From assembly GCA_964234715.1 (NCBI GenBank), contig OZ174278.1: a stretch of 64,000 bases of DNA, one strand, 5' to 3'. The notes under the pieces are model-generated. The model saw only the letters and a list, made by a program, of their open reading frames with translations, was not told the DNA's origin and searched no databases. The stretch is from Podarcis melisellensis (lineage: Eukaryota). A program made the translations under genes and the position numbers. Position 1 is the first letter of the stretch. Each line of letters starts with the position of its first letter. Below, one piece after another: positions 23,384 to 36,600 of this stretch.

Positions 23384-25353
23384 TACTATTAATGTATGAG
23401 TATCCATATGTTGGCATACATTGTATCAGAGGAGAAAGGTCTTTAATACGGATGGGCATAGCATTCATTTCCATACACTGGGTTGGATACAGACCTGCTA
23501 TCCTGCAAACATACAGACTCTGGTTCAGCAGAGGCTCCCACTGTAAGTAGAGATGGAAGCATTTTTTCCCTGATTCCTGCACTCTCCCCAGCATCCTTCT
23601 CCATTGTGCTGCAGTGTCCCCCAATCCTCTGGAGCAGATTTTGAGGGCAATTAGATGGCTGCTGTGGGAATGGGATATTGGCTAATGCCACCCCGCTTGC
23701 ACCAGTGGGAGCATTTCTTGAGTGCAACTCTGTTCAGGGGGAATTTGGGTACAAACCCTTACATTCAGCATTTTAACAGCCCAGTAATCTTTACTGTATT
23801 ACCTGGAAGCAAGTAATTCTAATTATGTAATTGTAAGTCATTATGAGATTGCAACAAAAATGCTTTGCTATTGGGTTGGGGAGCCCTTTTCCTCCCCAGG
23901 CTGCTTCCCCCCTCCCACAATACCGGCTACCAGGTTAACCAGGCAGGCAAGAAGGTAGGTAAACCAAAATGATGGATGGGGTCTATTTCCCTCAGCCAGC
24001 ACTTTTCTGCTTTGCTCTCCTGCTGTAGCTGACTCCGTAGGTCTCACAGAGAGGTTCATGAGCCCAGAAGAAGTAAAGCAGGCAGGCAGGCTGCTCAGAA
24101 TCATGTGGGCAGGAGCAGGGGATGGGTAGAGGACCAAAATGACCATGGAACCTCATTCTTACTGGGGTGTGGGCCTGGAGGGGAGGGGGTAGTTGTAACC
24201 CAGATAGAAGGACAAGGCCTGTGGCTCAGGGTCAATGATCCTTCAAAGGAAAAAAAATGTTTCTCTATTTCTCCTTTATATGATGCAACAAGACTGGGCT
24301 AAAAATGATGTCCCTCTAAAAGCATCAGAGTAACTTTATTGACTTTTCCCCCTAGCTGTGAGCATTGTCTTTTTATTGTTCTAGAAATTTATTTGCTCTG
24401 GTAATATGTTCTAATCTTACACCTCCTTACACTTATTTCCATTTTTTCACTGTTCAGCTCTTTTTCTTCAAACCAGTGTCCACAATATAGAATTTTAAAA
24501 AATTGATCTAAGCTTTAAATTAAAGCACAACAGTCATTTTGTCATGGCCACCAGTGTCGTCGTCTTCTTTTTTTTAAGCATTTGTTGTCCAAGCCCAGAG
24601 TATTTTCCTAGGTCCTGGAAGAAGACAGTTGGCATTATTGTTTGTGAAATGAACTTGCAGTGCTCCATTGTCCCATCTTCATAATGAGGAAATGACTCTT
24701 TGCCAAGACAGGCAGCTTCATTTACTGGGGGAGCATGTAAGGTATGCATGATAGTAGATTATCACATTTATCAAGTATCAGTACTAACTCGGTATTTGTC
24801 CCTGGCCTTTTCTCTGCTAAGTGAAGTCCTATATTTTGTGTCCATCTGTTCTGTCGTTTCTCTCTCTCTCACACACATATATATTGAGAACAGTTGGTAC
24901 TAATAGTTTATTAATAGTCTGTAGTTCATAGAACTTGATGTAATGGCTCTGTGCTTTGTATTTCATTTATTTATGTCATATGATGTGATGCTTCTGACCC
25001 AATGGCATACAGTTTGGGAATATTTCACTTCTAGTGAGGCCTGCCATTTGGCTGCAGGGGTTCTTGTTTGGAGATTAGGCTTTTAATGTGTGAATTCTTC
25101 AATTACTCATTATTTCTTCAGAGCTAATGTTTTTGATAAAGCATTTCAGCTAGAAGCAAACAACAGCACACACACACATGCCTTCTTTTGTTTGGAATGG
25201 ATGGGTGAGGAGCAAGAGGAACAGAGTTACATTTTCTGTACCATCTCTTTAAAAAAATGTTTATGTAAAGAAGGACTAGAAAAAATTTCAAATTCCTGGA
25301 ATCTACTACTAAGATTTTCTGTGATCCAGCATTATGTTCAACAGATTCATATA

Positions 25354-25592
25354 CAGTGGTACCTCGGGTTACATACGCTTCAGGTTATACGCTTCAGGTT
25401 ACACACTCCGCTAACCCAGAAATAGTGCTTCAGGTTAAGAACTTTGCTTCAGGATAGGACAGAAATCAGGCTCTGGCGATGCAGCGGCAGTAGAAGGCCC
25501 CGTTAGCTAAAGTGGTTCTGCAGGTTAAGAACAGTTTCAGGTTAAGAACAGACCTCCGAAACGAATTAAGTACTTAACCTGAGGTACCACTG
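25354..25592. mobile_element. 239-bp Tigger-like MITE
   Basis: TIR CAGTGGTACCTCGGGTTA / TAACCTGAGGTACCACTG; TA flanks; internal CAGGTTA repeats. Confidence 0.85.
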
Positions 25593-28500
25593 TAAGAGCT
25601 TGTACAGATTTTGTAAAAGGACAGATCACCATGTCCATGTCCATGTTTTATGATGGTTGAAGGGACTGCAGATTTTCACTTCAGTTTGTTGTCTTACTGG
25701 GAAAATGGTCTTTGCCAGCGGCTGGCAAACATTGGCTCTTTCTCTCCTGCTACGGTTACTGTTGGTTTCTCACTACTGTGGTAACAGTTGCCTTGTACAC
25801 TACCTTAGAGGTGTGTTTGCTGCTACCTGTTCGGTAGCATATGTAGTAAGGAGACCATGGAGAGCAGTAGATGATACAGTACCTCTTGGCTGCTTAAAGC
25901 AATTCATTCTGGCTGTGGGAATTTTATGGGGTGAAGAGGGCACAGGCAGAATAAAGGGAAACAACCAAGAGTAGAAGCAGCAGCTGCTAAGAGCCTGAAG
26001 CTGGGAATTCTGCCAGCTCCTGGTTCTGTTCGCAGTGGGCAATAATTGTTGAACAAGTTCCTAGTCCCGATGGGACTCAAATGCCCAGCACTACACAACA
26101 CAATTAATTACAATTATTATTTTTAACAACAGTTGTGGTGATGGAGTTGAGCCGTGGATGAAGCGTGTAAAACAAATGGTATAATGCTGTTGGAATGGCA
26201 TCTTATCTGTACTGGTTTTATGTGTACTTAAAGGTTACAAGTTTCATGAACTTGCAGCACTAAATTATGTCTTCTGGTATACAATTTCATGTTTGTGATG
26301 GAGCAGAGAAATTCCACTTGAATTCCAAGTCTCTTCCTGTAGCACAGAGCAGTGTCTGGTCGCTGAATTTTTATTGTGACTAGCTACTCCAGTGTTAACT
26401 GCAGCACTAATTTCTAAACCCTTCAGGGGGGAATGTAGTGCACTTACAACATGAGGACGAGGCAGTGATTTTTAAGAAAAGTATATTGGCTAAAACCAAA
26501 CTGATTTTTATGAACAAGCTACAACAAGTTTTAGCTATTGCATCCCAATATTCATTCATTCCCCTGAGGCTTTATGTAGACTATTACATGCTTATGGCCA
26601 GTGTAGTAGTTTGTGTTGCTCCTAGGTTAACAATTTTTCAGTTCTGCAGAAAGCCATGGGCCTTTTGATGGTTGTTCATATTTTGCACATACATCCTATG
26701 ACTTCACACCTGTGCAACCTAAATGAATGTAACATTGCAGTCTTTGTGTTTATTTCAAGCAAATATCATTACATTCTGGCCGAAAAGAAACAGAAATACG
26801 CAACCCAAAAATGGCTACAATTACTTGACTCAATTCAGAGTAAAAACAACAAAGCGTTCTGGAACTTAGTGTATGGAGGATTGAAAGCCGAAAATCAACT
26901 AACTCTACCACCAATTGCAGAATCCAAATGGTCCCAATACTTTACATCTGTATTTAACAATCTACATAGTGAACTTAAAGGAAATGAAACCACTAAAAAT
27001 AAAATTATTAAACTCCAGGAGTGGCCAAGGGTAGAGGAAGAGGAAATTAGAGAGATAGTAAAAAATTTCAAATCGGGGAAATCTCCTGGGCCAGACGGTC
27101 TACCAATAGAATTATTTAAGACCTATATAGATTGGTGGGCAGAACCCTTAGCCCAACTGTTTACGCTTATAGATAAATATGGGATCATACCTGAGATATG
27201 GCTAAGATCAATAATTATTCCAATCTTTAAAAATGGCGACCCAAAAGAACCAAGGAATTATAGACCGATAAGCCTTCTATCAGTGATAGGGAAAATCTAC
27301 GCTAAGCACCTCTTATCTAAACTCCTTACCTGGATGAAAAATCTAAATTTACCAGGGAAAGAACAAATAGGTTTCTCCAAAGGTTGCTCTACACTAGACC
27401 ACTGTCTTATTCTTATGCATCTGGTTGAAAAATACAGATCCCAAAGGCAATCTAAGATATACGCTGCTTTTGTAGACTTTCGTGGTGCATTCGACTCAAT
27501 TGACCGCCCAAAGTTGTGGAGGAAACTCGCAGAATTAAAAATTGATCAGCGCCTATTGATCCTAATCCAAAATCTACACTCTTCCAATACCTGTCAAGTC
27601 AAACTTAACATCAAAGGTCACCTTTCATCAGACATCCCAATCTCGAAAGGGGTAAAACAAGGGTGCATTCTTGCCCCCTTTCTATTTAATTTATTTTTAT
27701 CAGACTTGCCAGATTACCTTCAGAAAATAGAATCACATGCCCCTAAACTTAATCAGAAACCAGTTCCTCTCTTACTATACGCAGACGATGCTGTCCTACT
27801 ATCCTTAACGAGCTTGGGTCTAAAACGTCTTATATCTTCACTGATCCTCTATTGCGAATGTAACAAACTCTCTATAAACTATGAGAAGACAAAAATTTTG
27901 GTCTTCTCGAATGGTTGGAAATTAGAGAAATGGAAAATAAGAGGGCAAGAAATCCAACAAGTGAAAATCTATAGGTATCTGGGAATCTTATTCCAGAGCA
28001 ATTTAGGGTGGGCAACCCATCGCACAAATGCCATAAAACAGGCAAAGTGCATCTCATCAGCAGTTGCCCGTTTTCATTATCAGAAAGGTAATCAATTTAT
28101 TCCTGCGGCAAATCAGATATTTCAAACAAAAGTGCAATCCCAGATATTCTATGGAATCCCGCTATGGGTCCAAGCATATAACAATGATTTAAAAAAGATT
28201 CACTCTAGCTTTCTGAGACGTATTCTTGGACTCCCAGCTATGATCAAATATGAAACAATGTGTGCAGAAATAGGCATACACACAATGGAATATTGGGCAT
28301 GGTCCACCTCAATAAAGTATTGGTTACGCTGCCACTTCCGCTGCCCTCCATCAAGTCTGCTCGCTGATTTGCTCAAAGACTCCTATAAATCAAGATGGTA
28401 TCAGCACCTCGAAAAAAAGATTGAATCTTTAGGTGTCGAGCTGGAGTCCCTGTACAATTCTAATGAGCAATATATTTCCCATAATATCCTAACTAGACTA

Positions 28501-28970
28501 AAGGATGTCGAGAGACAAAATATTATGGCAGCTGTAAACAAAATTTGCTCCCCCATATTCTATGAATTAAATATCTTAGATAGCAGAGCCAATTACGTCA
28601 CTAAACTAATAATCCCAGCCCAACGTAGGGCTTTTATGCTGGCCCGCTTGAATGTTTTTCCCTCAGCATTTGTCAGGGGAAGATATCAAAACATTCCTAG
28701 AAACAAGAGACTCTGCAGATGCTCTATGAATGTCCCGGACACTGTAGAGCATATTCTCCTTCATTGCCCATTGTACAGTACGCTCCGTCAACGCGTGCTG
28801 TCCCCTCTTTTGGGTGGTCTGGAACCGCAGCAAGGTGAATGTGTGGGATTCTACCTATCCGACGTTGACCAAAGGGTAACGGCGGGGGTAGCCGAGTTTT
28901 TGGCAGCAGTCCTCCAAGGAGCAGGTTAACAAGGAAAACCACTGACTCTATATGTATATATATATATGTA

Positions 28971-30661
28971 CAGTGGTGCCCCGCTAGACGAATGCCTCGC
29001 AAGACGAAAAACCCGCAAGACGAAAGGGTTTTTCGGTTTTTGCGACGCTTCGCTAGACGATTTTCCCTATGGGCTTGCATCGCAAGACGAAAGCCCATAG
29101 GGAAATCTCGGGGACCTTTTTTTAAATGCTGGCGGTGGGGAGCAAAGCCTTCCCCCCCCTCCGGACTTCAGAAGAGGTCCAGGAAGGCCGGCGGGGGCGA
29201 AAGGCTTTGCTCCCCACCGCCAGCATTTTAAAAGCGGTCCGGGATAGCAGGGAAGCGCTTCCCGCTATCCCGGACGGCTTTTGAAGGCAGGCAGGGGGGG
29301 CAAAGACTTTTGCCCCCCCTGCCTGCCTAACCGGGGGCTTTTAAATCGCCCCGGGACTGTCCGGGGCGATTTAAAAGCCCCCGGACGGCTTTTGAAGCCT
29401 CCCCCCCGCCCGGCTTCGGGGCATCATCCCGATGCCGGGCGGTGGGGCAGGAACGCCTCCCCCAGCCGCCCGGCATCGGGGCATCGTCCCGATCCCGGGC
29501 GGTGGGGCAGGAACGCCTCCCCCCCCGCCCGGCTTCGGGGCATCGTCCCGATGCCGGGCGGTGGGGCAGGAACGCCTCCCCCAGCCGCCCGGCATCGGAA
29601 CGATGTCCCGAAGCCGGGCGGCCGGGCGGGAAAGCCTCCCCCCCCGCCCGGCTTCGGGGCATCGTCCCGATGCCGGGCGGTGGGGCAGGAACGCCTCCCC
29701 CAGCCGCCCGGCTTCGGGGCATCGTCCCGATGCCGGGCGGTGGGGCAGGAACGCCTCCCCCAGCCGCCCGGCATCGGAACGATGTCCCGAAGCCGGGCGG
29801 CCGGGCGGGAAAGCCTCCCCCCCCGCCCGGCTTCGGGGCATCGTCCCGATGCCGGGCGGTGGGGCAGGAACGCCTCCCCCAGCCGCCCGGCTTCGGGGCA
29901 TCGTCCCGATGCCGGGCGGTGGGGCAGGAACGCCTCCCCCAGCCGCCCGGCTTCGGGGCATCGTCCCGATGCCGGGCGGTGGGGCAGGAAAGCCTCCCCC
30001 AGCCGCCCGGCATCGGAACGATGTCCCGAAGCCGGGCGGCCGGGCGGGAAAGCCTCCCCCCCCCCGCCCGGCATCGGGGCATCGTCCCGATGCCGGGCGG
30101 TGGGGCAGGAATGCCTCCCCCAGCCGCCCGGCATCGGAACGATGTCCCGAAGCCGGGCGGCCGGGCGGGAAAGCCTCCCCCCCCCGCCCGGCTTCGGGGC
30201 ATCGTCCCGATGCCGGGCGGTGGGGCAGGAAAGCCTCCCCCAGCCGCCCGGCATCGGGGCATCGTCCCGATGCCGGGCGGTGGGGCAGGAACGCCTCCCC
30301 CAGCCGCCCGGCATCGGGGCATCGTCCCGATCCCGGGCGGTGGGGCAGGAAAGCCTCCCCCAGCCGCCCGGCATCGGAACGATGTCCCGAAGCCGGGCGG
30401 CCGGGCGGGAAAGCCTTTGTCCCCCCTGCCTGCCTTCCCAGGGGCTTTTAAATCGCCCCGGACAGCGGAGAAGTCCTCCGCTGTCCCGGGCGATTTTAAA
30501 ATGCCGCCCGCCAGAAGAGGTCGGGGGAAGGCTTTTTCCATAGGAACGCATTAATTGATTTTCAATGCATTCCTATGGAAAACCGTGAATCGCAAGACGA
30601 AAAACTCGCAAGACGAAGAGACTTGCGGAACGAATTAATTTCGTCTTGCGAGGCACCACTG
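28971..30661. mobile_element. 1.7-kb Tigger/pogo-like element (same family as 16117-18135, inverted), nested in LINE 3' UTR
   Basis: CAGTGGTGCCCCGCTAGACGAA ... TTCGTCTTGCGAGGCACCACTG; TA flanks; last ~120 bp are a near-perfect reverse complement of 16117-16237. Confidence 0.92.
29400..30415. repeat. ~60-bp GC-rich palindromic minisatellite with several interspersed unit types
   Basis: CCGCCCGGCWTCGG-loop-CCGAWGCCGGGCGG units with period ~56-62 nt. Confidence 0.95.
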
Positions 30662-33600
30662 TACTTAGCAAACTGCTGCCTTTTTATATATATTTCAAGG
30701 CTTTTATATGTTATTTTCTCTTTTAAGGTTTTATTTCCATAATGCCTAATAAAGGTTTGATAAAGTAAGTAAGTTTATTTCAAGCATTTTGCCTGTCACC
30801 ACAGTTCAAGAGGAAAATCTGCACATGGGGAACAGAAGTTTAGTATGCTAATAAATTCTTTGCTCGGGAATGACAGCAATGTTGATGGCTGCAGTGTAAC
30901 AATGACATACTGGTCCTGGAATGTTGAAATGATCAAAGTAACCTTAGCATGTCTTTGTGCACATATCTCTATGTTATACACCAGTTGTTGGCATGAAAGT
31001 CATTTCTTCCATGCTATTGAATAAATGGCCTAGATCAAAGTTTACCACGGTGCTCTCTCATTTCCAGTTACTTTAAGATCGGTTGTGATAGAATGGCTAG
31101 AATGTTGGGACAGGATGTGAAAAGCCCAGATCACCACTTGGCTATGACGTTCACACAATAGATATGACGTTTGGCAAATCGTTCTAAATTAAGTGTGAAT
31201 AAAGAATGCATAAAATGTAAATAAATGTATAAAATATAAATAAAAGAATGAATAGAAATGAGAGACATGAAAATGGAAAAATAAGGGAGCATGGTGGAAT
31301 TCACAAACAGAACTCTGCAAATGCTCATTCTACTTGTTCGGTGGCCTTGTTCACACATTGTTGTAAGTCATGGTTAATGGCTCTTTCACTGCTCTCCTAG
31401 AAGGAAATGAGCCACAATCCTTCACTGAGCATTTGTTCTTAACCAGAGAGAATGGTTTCTTTTACTCCAAACAAACCATGATCTTAAGCTAAGGACTGGG
31501 GTTTGTTGTTTACACTAGTGGAGAAGTTTCACGCTATTGGAGAAGTGAAGAGGGAGCAATCTAGTCATTCACAGAAGCTGTCAGCCGTGACTTAGGATGA
31601 GAAGCGAGCCTGCCTAATAAAGTTACCATTAAAATTAAATGAATACTATCATTATAAAGATCTAGGTAGTGGCCCCTCATTTCATGTATTGCAAAGAAAA
31701 TGTATGCAAGCATTATATGCATTTATATATTTTATTTGAGGCTTATTGATGTTGTTGCAGTTTCATGTATAGCTTGACAAAGAGGGATGTGACCCATTAG
31801 TCTTGTTAATGTGTTTTTGTAGGAGGCATCTGAGGAATTCTGCTATGAGTATTGTATTTCTTTGTAGCCACAATAAGCGTCCTCTGTTGAATAGTATCAC
31901 TTTTCATGTCGGTCTTTAGAGCATGTGAAAGCATCTTCAAAACTCGTTTTAAAGTGATCTGCAAGTACTAAGTGAATTTTATTCAGAACTTTTGAGTGAT
32001 AAAAAGCAGAAGTTTTCTTTATTTGAATTTTGAGCTAGGGTGTTAATCCTTCTCTGGTTATTTTCCCTTTTCATTTTTTATCATTAGTTGCTTTGTTGTG
32101 ACGAGTGTTTCAGAGTTAGTAATAGTTGCATGTAGCGAGAAGCAGAGTGAACAAGCTGAAATTCTAACAGCTTGTTCCTTGAGTGAGTTTATATAATGGT
32201 GTAAAAAACGACACTTCATGCTAGTTTTAACTACAGTTGGTATGAAACGAAGCAAACTTTCATTTATCTCTGTGTGTTTACCGATATGAAAGCAAGAAGG
32301 TCTTCAGGTTAGAGTGATGGACCAAAGAGGCAGCATGATTTGAGCCTTCACCTGCTGCTTCCAAATATCAAATTCAGTTTTCATCTGCAGGTCTAGCTGA
32401 GAAAACATGGCTAGTCCAAGGTCAACTAATAAGCTTCATGGCTGAATGAGGGATTTGAACTTGGCTCTCTCCCAGATTGGTTCTGTCTCAGGCAATGGTG
32501 CCAGCTTGGGGATGGGGCTCTAGCTGAACTAGGGTCCTCGGCTGGGCACAGAGTCCAGGGCCAACGAATCACATTCCACTAGAACTAGTTCCAGATCCAG
32601 GAAGCACTCAATGGTCGAACAAAGCTCAGGTTCCAATGAGGCAAGTTCAGACAAAGCAGAAGTAAAGTCCGAAAGGCAAACAAGCTATGCTGAATAGTTC
32701 CAAGTGGCGTTTGGGAAGGCTACGTGCCACTTGGAACTGTTCGGTGCTCCAACAATGAACAAACCCAGCCCGAGCCTTCCTTTCCTCACTCCTGATGATG
32801 AGGGAAGCCTCTACTCTTAAAGGGGCCAGCCCGTTTTCAGAGCTGTGGAGTCCAGTGGTGCAGGGGAGGCCATGGTTCTGTTATGGCCTCTCAGCTGGAG
32901 TCCTTTGAGTCTAATGACAGTAATGCAACCTCTTGAAGCCAGAGAGGTGCTGGCATCACAGACTCCTGTGATGCTACAGCTTCTGAGAGGGCATGCCTGT
33001 CAACGGCTGACTCATAGGCTACATTCTCCTCCCAGTCAGATATATTTTCTAACTTCCTGAACTCTTTCCCTGAGGATGAGGAGACAGAGGGCTGAGTCAT
33101 GTACTTCTGCTTTTGTACCAAGTTCATTGGCTTCCAATTCAAAATGTGCAGTTCAACGTTGAAGAGCACAATATGTTAAGGATTGCCTCCGCCAATATGG
33201 TCCTGCTTGCCTCCTGCAATCTGCAGAAGAGGGTCTTTGTGCTTTATCACTAGATGAAATAATTAATTATCAAGCTATGAGGATACAGCACCTTGTGAAT
33301 TTACTTTTTGCTTTTGATCGCTTGTTTAGAATGGCACTAGAAACCTATAAAAGTATTACCAGTCAATCTAGTATTCAAGGCCATTTCAGATAAATTGAAA
33401 AGGGTGTGTGTATTCTGGAGAATACACTTTAGCATTGTGGCATTCCGCCCACCCTCTTGGTTTAAATAAGATTTTGTATTCACCTGCTGTCAGGGACTGG
33501 CAGGATGCTGACAATTGTGCATTGGGAGAAGCAGGGCTAGAGTCTGACTTGGCAAAGAGGGCCAGTGGTTTATGGGGACCTGTGCTAGCCAGGAGACCAG

Positions 33601-36600
33601 TCAGAGGCAGGGGAAACGTCCGAGCTGGTGGGATCAGAGGAAGATGCAGATTTGGCAAGTGAAGGGCCTCCCACCCTCTCCTGCCCCACTATCTCCCAGA
33701 ACCAGAAGGAGATTGAAGAGTGAAGAGCAGAGGAAGCTTCCATGCAAGCATAGTTTCTGCATGCATCCCATCAGGGGGAGGTACATACCTGGTGGAGGGA
33801 GAGTGGCCTCTTGTTGCTGCAACTGCTCCATAGAGCTCAGAACTGGGCATAGCTGCCTAGATGCTAGACCGGTGTGCATGGGCACTCGGAAATGTAGAAA
33901 TAATGGTAAGTGTCAGCTTGACAATGAAGAATTAACTCTTCCGTGTACATTTGGCTGGGGAGTGCCCTTCACACCTGCATATGATGCATGGATTGCAGAA
34001 AAAGAAAATTCACTTGTGTTGGATCCAAGTAAAAATAAGAGTTCTCAGCATGAACACACATTGAATGGATTCAGTTGCAGAAATTGTTGCCACAGTCATT
34101 TCCCCGTCTTAAGAATTCAAAGTAAGATGCTTGAACAACAGGCAGACCATTGTAGAACTGTAAATTGTACACTTGAATATGCAGAATAGGTGGCTTCTGG
34201 GTTGTGCTAATTTAACTTGTGTGCTGAAAACTTTTTCCCCCTTCAGGTTCACCCCTTCACTAATTCTCTCTCTCTCTTGAAACAAGGATCAAATGTGGAT
34301 GCTGAAGTTTTCCACTTAAATTATTCATTCATCTTTTCCAATGGATGACTCTTCTCCAGTGGCATAATCTCATGTGAAGCTGGTGTCGTCCTAAAATATG
34401 TTTGTTTGTTTTTTGATGTTTTAATTGTTTCATCATTTGTGTGTGTGTTTGTCACCCTTGGCTTCTTTGGAAGGAAGGGTGGGATATAAATCATCATCTT
34501 CTTCTTCATAGCTATAGTGTGTCAAATGACACAGATTAATAAGTGTGCACAGGATTGTATGACGGAGGAGAGCCGGACCACGTAAGTTAACCTTACTCTG
34601 GCCCCTTTCAATGCTGTTTTTACACTGAGGGCATGTCTGGTGTGGGAGAGCCTGTCAACTTGCCCAAGCTGTCCTCATGAGCTAGAACTCTGATCATTTG
34701 TGGGGTACAGCACTTCCCTGACTACATTACCCAGAATGCCTCACTTTGAGACAGGAACCCCTTGGCCTTTCCTAGAGTGAGGCAGGAGGCCATGCAGTGT
34801 CTGGTGGAGAGCCTTGCGAGGTGGGTGTGTAAGAAGTGGTGTGGTGGCAGTGGCAAGGCCAGATGGACAATGAAGCAGGCAATTGGGGAGTGGGAGGGAG
34901 GTGACAGTTTTTTGCTCCCTTGAACCCTGAGACAGTTGCATTCTCATTCCCTCCCCCGTTATGTAGCTTCTATCGCTTGAGTTCAAGTGATTGGCGTTAA
35001 ACTGACGCTGGTGTCATGGTCAGTACACTTCCTTCTGCGCTTAACACTTATCTGTCAAACGGCCTACCAGCTATTCAAGAGGAATCTTACCCTCATATGG
35101 GTTCTGTTGGTACTGTTTAATGGTGTAATTCCTTTGATCAGGTACCTGGCTGTGTAAACAAAACAAAGAACAGAAATTATGAACATTTTGAGGACTTTCT
35201 TGTGCTTGTTCTTTGTTTGCTACAAGACTGAAATTGGATTTTGATCTGAGCATATCTTCTCCGGATAATTTCATTTATTGGTGCCTTGAACTGAGGTGAC
35301 TGTATGGCCACACACACACCATACATGGTAGCCTAGTTCACAAGCCAGTGTGTCCTTGAACCTGCCTTTTTGTTTGTCAAATCAAGAATGAGAAGCCTTT
35401 AAACAGCTTAAGTGTCAGCACTTTCTGCAGCTGACAGGAAACTGATCTGCTGCTTGGCCCTTTGCAGTGGGTGCTTATATACTAATGGCATGTCGCTCAG
35501 ACCAGAAATTCCCTTTTGCATAGGTCTCTCTACAGCTGAGATGGTGGTGACTAGGGACAGTGGTGGTGTCTGCCATTTTGCAACCAGTCAGGATTGTCTG
35601 TGGAAAAAGCAATCATGTGCTGCTTGAGTGGCTACTTTTGTCTGGGTGTGACACCTCCCCCCCAAAAAAAATTCCTCTGTCACGGTCAAAGCCTGCTTGA
35701 GAGGAAAAGATTGCACTGCTCTTCAGCTGTCAAAACACTGACTTGCTTCAGGGTTAAAGGTTAATGAAAACTGTAACTTGAGCTGCCTGATGTAGGAAAT
35801 CTAATTAGTAAGGGCAATTAATTCAATCACTTGGGATTTTTGGGATTCCCTCCCTCCATTCAGGATTTTAATAATATGTTTCGGATATACATTTAGTCCT
35901 TTTCTTGCGTTAAATAACTTCCCTGTTTCAGATTAACTGACAGCACTTAAAGCTATGAGTTTTTGAAGTGGAGGAATGCATGAAGTATAAATTTGATGGG
36001 TGTGGCAATTAGGCTATTCGTAGCTTTGCTTTCTTCCTTTTGGGGTGATGTGTATGAAGGTACCTGGTGCAGATAAGAAGATAGTGTGCTGCCCTCATTG
36101 TTAAAGCATAATACAATTATTAAGCACCCGCCACCTGTTAGTATCATTCTTTCTAAAGGTCATTGTGTGGTGCCTTGCTGTCTGACTTTAACAGCCCTAT
36201 ATCAGGTTTGTTGGCTACTGTATTGTGTGGACAAATGTTTGAGAAAAGAATGTGACACCAATAGCCAAAAGAAGTTGGGGGGAGGAGGAGAAATTCACTA
36301 ATTTATCGCTTTATGATTTCTGCTGCGTTGAATTTATTAAGTAACTCAGACTTGGCAAAGATGTTTAGTAAAGTTCTAACAGTAAACTGCAATACTACCA
36401 CCCTTCAATCTAGATTGTTGCTTTTCTGTTGTGTTTCAAGTTCAAATAGTCATTTTGCAATTTGTGTGTAATCACCCATGTTTGTTTTTAAAAATAAAGT
36501 AATTGTAGTACTTTAAAAGGGTCTCAAAAGTCTAGTTCACTAATCTGCTAAGAGAAACATAATCAGAAGCAGAGCTCATTTTATACTAAACTCGTGGTCA

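Larger units (their letters stand above)
26762..30772 (+). mobile_element. Second 5'-truncated RTE-X-like LINE (distinct family), RT ORF intact to 28929, 3' UTR interrupted by a DNA element
   Basis: GKSPGPDG, YRPISLL, FVDFRGAFD, GVKQG, LLYADD, RYLG, CRC..EHILLHC; AATAAA 30748-53; (AAGT)n tail; TSD GTTTATTTCAAGCA at 26748-26761 and 30773-30786. Confidence 0.92.

Noticed and set aside
26656-26761. N-terminus of the 757-aa ORF
   Set aside because: Flanking DNA read in frame upstream of the TSD boundary
29281-30554. Similar 200-420 aa ORFs on both strands
   Set aside because: Same minisatellite artefact
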